Shown piece by piece: positions 38,017-51,270 of a stretch of 64,000 nt of DNA (the first letter of the stretch is position 1; each line of letters begins with the position of its first letter). Under the pieces are notes generated by a model. The model saw only the letters and a list, made by a program, of their open reading frames with translations, did no database searches and was not told the origin of the DNA. The translations under genes and the position numbers were made by a program. The stretch is from contig NC_088859.1 in the NCBI RefSeq assembly GCF_963853765.1, positions 45,694,001 to 45,758,000 of the forward strand, given 5' to 3'. The DNA comes from Magallana gigas. Its lineage: Eukaryota.

Positions 38017-38748
38017 ACACATTGTGAGCAAATAAGGCCGAGTTTTAATAACTGATCTTTTGATATCTGTCATGAGGTCGAGTGATGGTTGATGCATTGG
38101 CAGCTATCATGTAGCTAAGTTATGACTGATTCATTTACAGTAATCAAGGGGCCATGTGATAATTGATTGTTGTATAATAATTCGGCAAACATCATTTGTT
38201 CTCATGATGTTTTCCCCAGACACAGTATGCAGCTTAATAAATTGGTTTTCAATTAATATTATCAGGATGCATGGTTTTACGATAAATACTGTGAAGTTAC
38301 AAATCCAAGTAGTTTCTTATTAAAAGATATCATGCGTTCTTACAAACAGTTTTATCTTAAAGAACACGTCTATTCGCCGTACAGATTTTTTTGTAGGTTA
38401 AATAGTCTTCATGAATGCTATTAATAAAAGACCCCATGATTACTATCGAAATAAAGTTTAATGCTTGCCATCCATAAAATAATCAATGACTCGAAAATCA
38501 CTGGGCCTCATGATTGCTAATGAAATAATTATCAACTTCCCTTACAATAGGAAGCATCGAACGCAGTTATCAGCCATTAATTTTTGTTTTCAATAGAATT
38601 AAAATATTGTTCATGAAAAAATGTAAATTTAATGCAAGGTTTTGCATTAAACCCCGAGAAATTTTATTAAGGTACAAACTAAAGTAGTTCTGTTCCAACG
38701 GTAGATTTTGTCTTGCAAGTGCATCCATTTATACATTTTTAAAATATA

Positions 38749-39276
38749 CTAGACTTTGACCCGTGCGTGCACGGGTTGACATTGCATATTATATCGGGAA
38801 TTTACGCAATAGATACATCCAATTTGCACACCATGTTGACATTCAGAACTTTCGGATTTTTCATATTACACGCACTGAGAGTTATTTCCAGTCTTTTCTT
38901 TCATGAACAGAATATATGGCAAATTTTTAATGAAATTTTACACGTATTGGTATTATCGTTTTTTGAGTTTATCCATGCGAAATGGGATACTGAGGAAACA
39001 TAAACTAAAGAGCATCCCGTGATTAAGCCAATGTAATGCGCATGCGAAAGATTGTAAAATCCGAAAAATTCAGATTATTTCCGGATTTTTAAAAAGAATT
39101 TACGTTGATTATTAATAAGCGAAGCCTGATTGAGAAAAAATAAAAACAAATTGGTAATCACCAAGTACCAATGATGTTAAAAATATATTAAACAAAAGAC
39201 AGTACTCCTCCGATTTCTCGGTATTAAAGCTAAAAAATCCGAGTCTATTATTTTAATACAGTAGTACATGTATAGA
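38749..39276 (-). mobile_element. Non-autonomous Helitron (528 bp)
   Basis: On the minus strand it starts TC (TCTATACATG...) and ends CTAG, inserted between A and T with no TSD. A perfect 8-bp hairpin ACCCGTGC-GT-GCACGGGT (38759-38776) lies just inside the 3' end. Absent from the paralogous site in unit 2. Confidence 0.85.
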
Positions 39277-40026
39277 TAATGAACTGCAAAATTTGGGTCG
39301 CACTGTCACTCGATCTACAATCTTTCGTCCCAAGATTTTATATCTTTACGTGGTTGGAATAATCTAAGATTGAAAATGACGATCAACCACTTTGTCACAT
39401 TCAAAACAAATAGCAAATAGATAAATAAAAACAACAAACCATCAAATTAAAAAGGAGTAAAAAATGGAAATAATTAAAAATACCTGTTCAATAAAATGGT
39501 TGTTAATAGAGCATTATTTCTTCATGGATTAATTCTACATTAAGAGGGGTACATGGCCACGTTGAAATACGTTGATATATACACACATATATACCCGTAA
39601 TGGTGTGATGTGAGTTGGAACCAGAAGTGTACCCCAAGATATTCTATAATTGCGTCTGTATTGTTGACCTCAGTAAGCCTAATGATGATGTCAAACTCAA
39701 ATCCCATAGAAGACAAATTGGTTTTTCTTTTATTTAATGTAATGATGTAAATTAACAATAGTGTCCAGAATGAAATAACATTACCCGCTAACGCGGGTTA
39801 TGTATTTTTCTGCAATGTCGCTATCTTCATATCCCGCTTGAGTCACTAAAGAAAGCATCATTACTGTTTATATTCAATCAAATTGCATCAACCTAATATG
39901 CATTCTCTCTTTTTGGAAATCATAAATTAGTTTGAAAAGAACTCGACTTACATTCGTTGTTGATCACATACCAGTAATATCCTTTAATGTCACAAAACAA
40001 AACCGTGCCTTACTGTATCAGGGAGG

Positions 40027-41029
40027 CAGTGGCGTAGCGTCAATTAGGGCAAAAAGGCAAATGCCCACTCAATTTTGTGAATCAAAATTTGAAATTTGTG
40101 TAGATTTTAAATCTATAACAAAGTTGACTTTAACACTAATACTTTTGCGATTTTACTGAATTTTATGAAAAGGCAACTTTCTGAACAATATATATCATAT
40201 GGTCTGGTCTCTCGATTTTTACGTTGTCATGTCTGTGCAATAAAAAAATATTTTTTTTCAAATAAGGGGCTGAAAACATGTAAATGTGCCGTATCAATTG
40301 TGAAAAAGAAGTTGATATAGAAATATAAAAAGCCGTAGCGCAATGGAGGCAAATGAGGCATATGCCTCATATCAAAGTTTTTTAATGTCATAGTGAATTT
40401 TCCAGTTATGAAAATATAATGTCTTGAAGATGACAACATAATGTTTAGTCTTGATCCATATTAAATCCACCAACTCTCAAGCTGCTACCCTCTCCATACC
40501 TCTAGATAAACTACCCAGATTAGAAGAATATGTCCTCTGAAAAACATAGCAACATAGCAAGATATTCCATTAAATCCCATATATGTGTTCAAACCTACAA
40601 AGCCACACATGCTGTTCAAAAGACAATTTATGAGATAATCAATACGATAAAATTTTATAATCGTATACTGCAAAGCGTACAGATGCGCTACAACCGTGGC
40701 GTACAGTTGTTGGTTTTGTTTACAGAATAGATGCAGAGTAGGTTATGAATACGGTGTATGAAAGATTGCTCTTAAATTTCATTAACGAAACATAGATTCT
40801 ATTTAATTATTACGAAATGAATCGACTGAGGACAGGAAATAATTATTTTAAATTTACATAATGGTCCCTTAAAACATACATAACTAATTTGTTAAGACTA
40901 ACAAATGTCTGCTCTCATTAGTGGTAGTTTTGCGTCCTTTTTGTAAAAAAATTCTATTGGGAGGTCCCTTACCCCTCCCCTTTGCGACCCCTCCCGCACC
41001 TATCCCCTTCCGCGCTACGCCCGTCACTG
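40027..41029. mobile_element. Possible ~1-kb non-autonomous TIR element at the junction of the duplication units
   Basis: CAGTGGCGTAGCG ... CGCTACGCCCGTCACTG imperfect TIR; no clear TSD. Confidence 0.4.
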
Positions 41030-42348
41030 AAGCAGTCGGCTTCAATTTTTGCCTGAGGAGTGTCACTTTATGAAAAGCTTTGATGTACCTGTTTTTGCAC
41101 TTTAATTCCTGTTCCCCCATCCCCAATAATTTTTATATTTATTTTCTTTTAATTTAAATTGAAATTAAATTGAACTTAATTTTAACATCTATATCTTATA
41201 ATTGAAATTTTACAAGTAATATTGGTCCGAATAAAATTAAAAACATCCTCATTATACTAGCTTGTTTTCATTTTAAAATTAGACAACACCCTTATTACCA
41301 AAATAGTAAAGTTCACATTTTTAATTAGCAGATTCATTTTCCTATTTATGTCTATAATGAATATAAAATCAAAATTACAGACCCACATATTGTGGCCCCT
41401 ATTTGACACCCCTTCCTCCCTCTTGAGTTTAAACTATAAATTGTTTTTTTTAATTGAGTAGTTTGGGGTGGGTTTTTTGAATGAACAAAATAGAATCTAC
41501 ATTTATTAAATATCATTCACTACTTGCGACTTTAATGAATACACTGAATGAGGTTACTGGTAGCTCTGCAGTACCAAATTAAAACTGTATTCTATGCTAC
41601 ATAAAAACTGACTTATTCCCCTTTTTAGATAAAAATATGTTGAAATTAAAAAGTTTTCGGAAAGAGAAATTCTTAAACAATAGTCTATATTTTCACCATT
41701 TCCAAAACATCTGCCCTTTAGAATGGTGTTTGTTCTCTTCTGAGTAATTTGGCTGATTTGATTCGGCAAAATTTAAAGTTAACGTAATGAACGACAGACA
41801 ACTACAGATAGCTGACTTAGAGCTAAAAAGGGCAACATAACGACAACATAGGCTCTTGAATGTGTGCTTTGCAATTTGTCGAAAAAAACCCACAAAGAAG
41901 ATGGGTGGGAAAGGTATGTAAAATGTTTATATAAGGACGGATAAGATATTGAAAATAAAAATATAAAAAATCTGACATTAAAAGAAAAAGTCATTCACAG
42001 AAAAGTATATTTAACATAACATCGATTTGTAACCCTTCAATATGTTCAATATTTGGAATATGTTGACTAAAACTGTTATATGTTTATCAAAACCTTCAGA
42101 AGTGTCATTTTTGAGAAATTCGATGCCTTTTCTCTTTATAGAGCGGGTCTGTACTCAATATTTTTTGTCTTAAAAAAGTCTTATGGAAAACAAACCGATT
42201 TTAATCAACAAAAACATGGAGAGATGACCCATTATACATTAGAAACTTTATTTTGTATTCCAAAAATTGAAAGTTAAAAAGAAATAATACAATTCCGTAA
42301 ATTCGTTGCCAAAGTCGCATTTAGCATTTAAACAACGCACTTTGTTGT

Positions 42349-42447
42349 GACCGAAATGGCTCAGTGGCAAAAGCACTAGACAATCGAACTAATATTATAT
42401 AACTAGGTGGGTTCGGTACCACCAAAACTTAAGGCAATGTTTTTTTC
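42349..42447 (+). pseudogene. Degenerate tRNA-like / SINE-head sequence
   Basis: TGGCTCAGTGGCAAAAGCA ... GGGTTCGGTACC ... T-run. Confidence 0.35.
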
Positions 42448-43877
42448 TGATCGTTTGTTAAAATATTCAAAAGTGAATATAGTTAAAACATTATCAAATA
42501 GATTTTATTGAGAGAAAAAAAATGAAATTGAAGTTTACAACTAAACAAAATGGGCATTTGTGCTATCTTATCTCACATCATCTTTTCTGCTGTCCGTGAT
42601 TTTTTAGCTATAATTTGGCATTATCATAAAATGACTGTTGAAATAAAAAATTCTTGCACAATATACAATTCCTTGTATGATCAAAACTCGCACTTTTAAA
42701 TTTTGTACAATATGATCGTTTACAAAATCATGATATTGCAATTATTTTTATTTCTGTTTGTCCAGTACGTGTTTTCCTGTTAACATGGTAAAGTGGGTGG
42801 TTACTACATGTAGTATTTTTCATGGAATAAATGAATCCTTATCCACAGAAATCATCACGTGCTCAAACCCCTGTATATTATATATTCAATAAAATAGGTT
42901 CAAACCAATCACGACATCCTTATTTCCTATATATAATGTATAAGTTATCTTTCTGATATTGTCACACTTATTTCTATATATGTAATATCTCTGATATTGT
43001 CACAGTGTACGTGTATTACATAGCGCAGCTTCAATTTCTAACTAATTCCCACGCAGAAGCATTAATAAGTATATTTTGCATTGATAGGGTCATAGTAACA
43101 TTTCTGGAATATAAATCCCAAACTAAGTTTGATCCCTATCTTTTTAAAGTCGTTCACTAAAATAGTTTTAAGCCTATCATGCTTTGTGTTAGTTGCGTTT
43201 AATGCATTGTTTTACTCATTTCACTGAATGTATCTCATTTCCTTCTATTGTCAAAAAGACAATTTCTTCCTGATTGCATGTTAATATTTCAAAGATCTAG
43301 AACAAGCCAACCTATTCAATATTTCTAGACCACAAAGTTACATAACTTTGTCTGTGGTGATAAGAACATTCCGTGTGACAAATGTCAAGCACGTATGACA
43401 TACTGCTATCTTTCGATCGAGACTTGTGCCCTATGTATGTAATGCAAGTTTTCAACACTTGTCACAAAGTTACAGAGAAAACAGAAAACTATCAAACTAC
43501 TCTATTTAAAAAAAAACTTGAAAACTTTTAAAAGTGATATCAATTTTAATGTTTGTTTTATACGATTATGCATATATTGGAAATTGCCATCAACGGTGAA
43601 GTTAAACAAAATACGCCGTAAAGTAACACATTACTGATGATTAAAGTGCTATTTAAAGCGGTAAAAGACGTCATCCCAGACACACACAACAGATGAATAT
43701 GGGAACATGCAAATATTAAAAGCGATATTCATAATATCTTTCAATCAATGAAATGAAGTTGCATCGATATGAAGCAGTCAATTAAACACACGTATCCACC
43801 GTGTAAATGTTTTCTCCATAAATGGGAAAGACCTTGTATTGGTTTGAATTTCTATAGTGAACTGTATTCGTCTTTGG

Positions 43878-45110
43878 CTAATTTTGACATGCAGCTTTAG
43901 GTTGTCTACAATATTCCATCCAAGTCTGCATCATTGATTCTTGGGACGATATTCTATGAAATGCTATCGTATTCAGAAAATTAAGTTTGGGAGCTGAGTA
44001 TGACACCGGGCCGGGTTTCCGCATTACATACCCGTACTGGTTCTTGAGCGGAATTTTCAGCTTCTCGGCGACAATTCCTAGATAAGTGTCGTCAATCGGT
44101 ATAGGTTGAATATAGGGAATGGCCAAGGAAAATCGCTTCACAACATCAGCAGTCATAAGATATGCAAAACCTGCCAGATATTTGGGGTATTTGTCAAAGG
44201 GATAATCCTCCCACGACACGAACCATTTGGACGTGTTGTCTCTATACGGTGTGGAGGAAGAGAGAACCTTCCCAAGCATCAATCCAGATTCCCTGAACGT
44301 CGATTTCCTTAATTTTTTAAGATTGTTTAAAATCAAGAACACGTCATCGTCTACGTAAAAGCTAAACTTGGCTTTGGGACAGTACTGCGCAACCCAGTTT
44401 ATGCCCATGATCGTTTTAAAGGTGATGTTGGAATAATGGTCCCAAAAATCTTCTTGTACTATGTCCCCATGCTCTAAAGCTTCAATGTCTACTTGTTTCT
44501 GAACACCGTGGTTGTAACCTAGAAGGAACACTCTCCGAACTCCTTCATAGTTGTCCACATTACCCCAAGTGTTCCTGATGGTCTGTCGGTTCCTGAAATT
44601 TCCTGCACTAGATTTGATGACCAGAAGAAGGTATATGGAGGAGTCGTCACAGACGTTCTCTCCGGTATGGATATAACTGAAGTCGTGTGAATTGATGGGT
44701 TCGTTTATTATCTTTCTTCCCTCAAGTCGCACTTTTATGAGCTCATCGAAATTTAATTCCAAAGGATAAAGAGAAACCATAAACTTCAGTTTTTTCTTTC
44801 GTACATCTGTAGTGTTTAAAGGGGGTTTGCATTCACATAAAACACCGTCTTCCTTCACCTCTTCTACACCTGAAAATCTTATGATGTGAGTAGCATTCAG
44901 AAAACTTGGACATCCTTTTCTTGGACGACCTTTTAAAGACAATTCCGTCTGAACGTACTGCAAAGGTCGATGATTGTTGAAGGGGGCTGAGATTTTCACA
45001 ACCGGCCGTGGATGTTGAACTTCAAATGAAAGCCAGAAAAGCAATGGAATTAAGACAAACAAGGTTGGACTGCATTTTCTGATGTTTCGCCGGACGCTGC
45101 ATAGCCGCAT
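43878..45110 (-). CDS. GT31 beta-1,3-galactosyltransferase-like glycosyltransferase, copy 2 (410 aa)
   Basis: Intact ORF paralogous to 34929-36158 with the same motifs. The central ~170 aa are identical. Confidence 0.93.
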   Translation of the reverse strand: MRLCSVRRNIRKCSPTLFVLIPLLFWLSFEVQHPRPVVKISAPFNNHRPLQYVQTELSLKGRPRKGCPSFLNATHIIRFSGVEEVKEDGVLCECKPPLNTTDVRKKKLKFMVSLYPLELNFDELIKVRLEGRKIINEPINSHDFSYIHTGENVCDDSSIYLLLVIKSSAGNFRNRQTIRNTWGNVDNYEGVRRVFLLGYNHGVQKQVDIEALEHGDIVQEDFWDHYSNITFKTIMGINWVAQYCPKAKFSFYVDDDVFLILNNLKKLRKSTFRESGLMLGKVLSSSTPYRDNTSKWFVSWEDYPFDKYPKYLAGFAYLMTADVVKRFSLAIPYIQPIPIDDTYLGIVAEKLKIPLKNQYGYVMRKPGPVSYSAPKLNFLNTIAFHRISSQESMMQTWMEYCRQPKAACQN

Positions 45111-46621
45111 ACTTCATAAACAGCAATTCAATTGCGGGTCTGAAAAATGTTAGAAAAGTGAAATTATAATAATAACCTTCAAGGTTTTCATATCATGTAA
45201 CTACATCTACTGAGTATTTTCTATTTTCTCCCATATTCTACGGAAAATGTGTTCAGTTCATACAGTTACTGTCGCATCATATCTTAATATCAGTTTTTCT
45301 GTTTATGAATATATATGCGCCTTCCTCGAACCTTTAACACTGCAGCAATATTCAGCAGTGTTGAATGCAAAAGTTCCATCTATGGGAAAATTGATTATTT
45401 TTTCTATACAACTTACAATCGACAAAATAACAATACTTTACATATTTTTATTCAATTGTTTATTGATATTTGAGAAGAAATTTAGTAGAAAGGTGCAAAA
45501 TTGATTAAAGTGATAATCTTTATTTGGTGGTTATTACATGTATATGCTAGGGAGGTAGGAGGTAGAGTAATTACCGAAAAACTGAACATTTTTTGTTGCA
45601 ATACTCGCTTTCTTCACATGCGCATTGAACACCAAAAAAAACATTCTATAATTAATTTCACATATTTCCAATTAAAATCAAACTAAACTGATAAATTTGC
45701 TATCTTTGACCAAGTGTACTCACATGTGTGGTGTAGAATCAGCATAAGTCTACCAGAGGCAGTTCTATACCACTCGAGTATCTTCTAGCTCAGATTCCAT
45801 TCTGACGACTAAAGCAATTCCAACGACTACAGTCTCTTTTTTGTAGAAAAATGTATTGATTTCTTTATCCCCTTTAAGGTCTAGAGGAAAGTCCTCGTAT
45901 GAAACCAGATTAATGTTGAGATTTGGAGGGGGTTGATTGGTAATTTTTGACTACTTGAGTATGTATGTACGTCTTGAACATGTTTTAACCATTAAAACCT
46001 TTATCAGCCTTGATTGATTAACTGAGAGGCCATGCGACTAGTGCAGCCTCACTTAGCATGCGAGTCTTTTGACAGTTGCTTGAGTGTTTATTGGTTTAGT
46101 AATGCCAAGTCCCAATTCTATATCGAATACTGGTACAATATACGTATAAACGTAAACAATTCGACTTATAGCCTTGCCTTCATATCCCACAGTGAACAAA
46201 CTCTCTTTTTTTGTTTGCTTGTTTTGTTCTTGGTAAATCGTTAAAGAATGCCTGTTGATTTTTTAATTTCGTAGTAAATATGAATGTACCCTAACAGGTA
46301 GTCGCAATTCTTGTACAAAAGATTTTGTTTCTTGACCTATACGATTCTAAATACGCGACCTTATTCGTCTTTTTTTATTTGTAAAGGTGTTCTTCAGCCA
46401 ACGCAGAGGGCTATTGTCTGATAACTTTATTTATCTACACAACAGGACTCTAGGATATTCTCGATGCATTTAAAGATAAATATAACATTTTGCCGGTTGA
46501 CCAAGTTGAGTATTTAACCTTGTTTATCGTATTCTAAGGTAATATGGAGTGAATTTTCATTTAAAAAACGAAGTTGTCCTTATTAGGCTGTACGAGTTCA
46601 TTCTTATTGTATATGACATAT

Positions 46622-46622
<1 letters not shown>

Positions 46623-46679
<57 letters not shown>
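46623..46679. repeat. (CT)n microsatellite
   Basis: Direct reading. Confidence 0.97.
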
Positions 46680-46682
<3 letters not shown>

Positions 46683-46719
46683 CTACGAGTGAAATATTCT
46701 TGCATATTTTGGATACCCC

Positions 46720-47745
46720 CTATCAATGAATCAATCATCGCTTGGCCTCCTTATTGCTATCAATGAATCGATCATAACTTGACCTCATGACTGCTATCAA
46801 TGAATCGATCATAACTTGACCTCATAATTGTTATCATTTAATCGATCTCCGATCTGCCTTATAATTGTCATCAATAAATCAATCATTGTTCTGATTCATG
46901 ATTGTTCTTAATAAACCAATCATCACTCGGCCTCAAAATGGTTGTCAGTCGTATTAATGCTGTCAGTGAATCAATCATCACGCGGCCCCATGATTGCTAT
47001 CAGTGAATCAATCATCACGCGGCCTCATGATTGCTGTCAGTAAATCAATCATCACTCGGCCTCAAAATGGTTGTCAGTCTTATTCTTGCTGACAGTGAAT
47101 CAATCATCACGCGGCCTCATGATTGCTATCAGTGAATCAATCATCACGCGGCCTCATGATTGCTATCAGTGAATCAATCATCACGCGGCCTCATGATTGC
47201 TGTCAGTAAATCAATCATCAATTGGCCTCGTGAATGCTATCAATATAAGGCCCTAAGATGGCTATCGATAAATTAATAATAAATTGAACTTATGATTGCT
47301 ATCAATGAATCAATCATTCCTTGATCTTATGATTCCTGTCAATAAAGCAATTATCACTCGACCTTATGATTGCTGTCAATGAATCAATCATCACTTGATC
47401 TTATGAGTACTGTCAATAAAGCAATCATCAGTCGACCTCACGGGTACTGTCAATGAATCAATCATCACTTGATCTTATGAGTACTGTCAATAAATCAATC
47501 ATCACTCGACCTTATGATTGCTGTCAATGAATCAATCATCACTTGATCTTATGATTACTGTCAATAAATCAATCATCAGTCATCACATGATCCTCATGAT
47601 TGCTGTATATGAATCAATTATCACTCAGCCTGATGATTTCTGTCAGTGAATCAATCCACATCCGGCTTTATGAGTGCTATCAATATAAGGCCTTGTGATG
47701 GCTATCAATAAATGAATCATAACTTAAACTTTTGATTGCTATTTA
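46720..47745. repeat. 37-bp minisatellite array, ~27 copies, same family
   Basis: Unit approx GTGAATCAATCATCACGCGGCCTCATGATTGCTATCA. Variant blocks recur (CACTCGGCCTCAAAATGGTTGTCAGTC at ~46923 and ~47052), suggesting higher-order structure. Confidence 0.95.
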
Positions 47746-49180
47746 TATAAGACCTAAAGTTCCAACAAATACTGGTATAAGTACAAACAAATCAGTTTCA
47801 TTTTTAAAGATTATATAACATGCGTTCTTATTTTCACAGTTATCATGAAGATAACGTCTATTCGCTTTTATAATTTTATTGACAGACGTAAAATTGGCAA
47901 ATTCGGGTCGCACTGTCTATCGATCCACAATCTTATGTCACCAGATTTTATGAAATTTGCTCTACGTGGTTGCTATCCTCGTAGAAAATGGCAATGTTTA
48001 ATCTTTTAGTTAAGTCTAGTGAAGTCTTTTTTTTATTGCATAAGAAAGAACACACGTACACAAAATTTTAAGGTGTGTTCACATGACGTACATTGGGTAC
48101 TTACTAAACTATATATCAACCCTGTTTCTCAAAATATGCAAGTGTGTGTACTGTGAATCGCACTAAGTTTTGCCTTTTACGAAGACAACGTCGCTGCATG
48201 TTTCCAAGCAAAAAAGAACTATTCAGAGGTATCGGTAATTGGGTGCAAAGGATCATACAATCAACTGCATCAAATTAAAAATGTCTTCTCTCGTTTTGAA
48301 AATCTGAAATGTGAATGAATATAACTTGACTTTCTATTATCAAAGTAAACATTTTTCAACCATCCGTTGTTAATTACGCACCAGTCATATCATTTTAATG
48401 TCACAAAGCAATACAGAGTCTTGTTATATCAAGGAGCTCCTGTCAATTAACAACTACGATGTCTTATTTTCATTTCTCTTTTTATTTCTCTACTAGGACA
48501 GAAAATCTGTCGGACCAATACACAATGGGGAAATAATTTTTCTGAAATTAAAGTAGGAGGAATGCAAGTAATAGCGAAGTTTCAAACGAATATTACATAA
48601 CTCTTATTTCACTATCCTTCTATTGTTGTATCACCAACGGGGGGACGTCGTGTTGGTTACGTGTCTCTGTACCTTGTAGAGCCTTCCCGTCAGGAGAATG
48701 TCATTTGCTTTGTAAAGTTTTTATTTTTCAATTTTTTTTATGTTCTTATACAATCGCTTAAGCATTGGGTGCAAGACGTTTTTGCATAAAGCGAATGTGC
48801 CAGTACTCAACCGAATTATATCGTATGTCACACAAGAAGATCTTTCAGACGGTACTTATGCAAATGAATATGCGACTAGGTACTCGCGGTAACTTGTAAC
48901 TTCAATTTTTTGCCGTAGTCAGGTATAGCCGAGTCAATGGAGAATTCGAGATTGCATATTCCAGACATTATATAATTAATAAGAATGTTTAAAGAAAATA
49001 ACACCAAATAAAAAACTGAGACACCAGCTAAAAGCAGTCCCTCTTGCAAAAAAAGATTTTTGAATTGCTATTTTCTGTGATTAAATTATGTTGCTAAACT
49101 CTCAGTTGAATTTTGCAAAAGTTTTGAAAATTTTGAAAAATTAATTCTTCCAGTTTTACGAATTCAGGATTGTCCAGTCT

Positions 49181-49496
49181 CAGGCACGTAGCATCACTTA
49201 GGCACGCTGCCCCCCCCCCCCCCCCCACTTTTTCTCGTAACAACACATTTTTTAAAATTTACATATAAAAAATTGAATTATCATGGAGTCCCCCCCCCCA
49301 ATTTTTTGGGCGCATGTAAAAAATTAATATAAAAATAAGGAGATACTACGCCAGCCCCCCCCCCCCCCCCCAACGGATTAGGATGTTGAAGATTTTGGGA
49401 AAGTCCTAATTTCCTTTTTTTTTTTTTGCTTGTCAGGATTTTTTGGATGAGTCTGCCCCCCCCCCCCCCACTTTCAAAAACGATGCTACGTGCCTG
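49181..49496. mobile_element. Second copy of the CAGGCACGTAGCATC family, 5-bp TSD
   Basis: Perfect 15-bp TIR CAGGCACGTAGCATC / GATGCTACGTGCCTG; flanks AGTCT / AGTCT. Confidence 0.8.
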
Positions 49497-51074
49497 AGTC
49501 TAACCCCATTACCACCACAAAGAATCACTAAATGTCATTATTCGTCGCTTCACAAATTTACAGCCCATCACAGGGAGTGCATGGGTTTACGAAAATTGGA
49601 CAATCTGATCAGGCATTGCGTGAAAAAAGCTTAACTCAAGAGTAGTCAAACAAATCTGACCGCGATTGTGAGACAGTCAGAACGAGCTTTGCTGATATGT
49701 CTACTTATGTCCTTTTGTCATTGAACGCCTAATGCGTAGTTTCCGGATCGAATTGCATGACTTACGACTATGGAGGATCTGAAAGAAGAAGTTTGTTACT
49801 CGTCATGTAACAGTGCAGACATTATCGTTGCTATTCAGTGTGCGAAGTGGGCCTTTTTTACTCTAAAGAGAGCGCCCCATTGATGGATTTAATAAAGTAT
49901 TTCAAAGTAGAAAATGATGGACAGAGAACTTTAATTTGACACAACAAACACAAATTCTCGACATCAAAGATGTCCTCCATTCTGACATTCTTTGGTTTCA
50001 TTGACAGAAGACAGAGGCCGGTCGCTGACTTGTGCAATTCCAGTGATCTAGAAATCGATACAATTTAAAAAAAAAAAGAAAAGAAAAATACACACGCGGA
50101 TAACGAAAATACCAATCATGTCACAGACAGAGATATACTAATAATTCTCTGTTTCTAGGCCAAGTGTGACATGCATATCCCAAGGTTAGTTGTATAAACA
50201 TGTGCAATGTAGACATCATTGAGATGGTAAACATCTCAACGGACTCAGTTTCAATAAAGGACACTCGGATGAAAAATATTTAAGAAGACTTTGGTTTTAA
50301 CGAAATTTAGTTCAAATTGCTCATCCTTTATACAACTTTATCCAACGCAATCTATGGGTGAAGTATGTAAAACAGATAGTGCCTAGGGGGGAAATAGTTT
50401 GAACAAGATTTTACAGAGGTTTACTTTGATCTTGACATTTGACATAGAAACTTAATTCAAGGTCACTGAACACCTCATACCGACAGGTAGTTTATTTTAT
50501 AAAAATCTTAGCAACATTTGGATAAAGAAATAGAGAATACAACTGTTATGAATTTGACCTTTGACATAGAAAACGTTCAATATAAACCTTTATGGTAAGC
50601 TGTTTGGATAAATTCTTATCAAAATAAGGCCAACGTTCGAGAAATCATATTAAAACATATGGATTTTAAAAATCTGCTTTGACCTTCGTCTTAGAGTAGA
50701 ATCTTGGTTCAAAGTCATTGGATACTTTTTACTCACGTGGACTGTGGGATCAATTGTATAATACGCAAAATAAATCAATACTTTATAAGTTTTGGGTAGG
50801 CTAAATCGATCGAGCTATGATTTATTTTTTGAATTCGAGTAATCACAGGTGGCAGATGTTTCTATGACGACCAGAGTTCTCGGCATATAAACAAGAGCTA
50901 CGTACGTGCATGATCAGAGATCTACCTTGCAATAGGAATGTGGAATTTCCATATTGTGAATTAATTTCTTTCTAGATAAACAAAAAACTTAGCCCTAACA
51001 ATATATTCTGGGTTGTTTTTAAAGTATATATTATCTAAAACCATTGTCCAGTTAGGTCTTGCACAGGGGCTTCA

Positions 51075-51270
51075 NNNNNNNNNNNNNNNNNNNNNNNNNN
51101 NNNNNNNNNNNNNNNNNNNNNNNNNNNNNNNNNNNNNNNNNNNNNNNNNNNNNNNNNNNNNNNNNNNNNNNNNNNNNNNNNNNNNNNNNNNNNNNNNNNN
51201 NNNNNNNNNNNNNNNNNNNNNNNNNNNNNNNNNNNNNNNNNNNNNNNNNNNNNNNNNNNNNNNNNNNNNN
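51075..51270. other. Assembly gap (196 N)
   Basis: Run of N. Confidence 1.

Larger units (their letters stand above)
31400..40026. repeat. Tandem segmental duplication, unit 1 (GT31 gene plus satellite plus flanks)
   Basis: Colinear diverged blocks shared with unit 2: ~31430-31600/~41390-41610, ~33320-33580/~42765-43090, the gene, 36328-36410/45722-45800, the satellite, ~38320/~47800, ~39290/~47898, ~39880-40026/~48260-48435. Boundaries approximate. Confidence 0.8.
41390..48440. repeat. Tandem segmental duplication, unit 2
   Basis: Same colinear blocks as unit 1; lacks the Helitron at 38749-39276. Confidence 0.8.
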
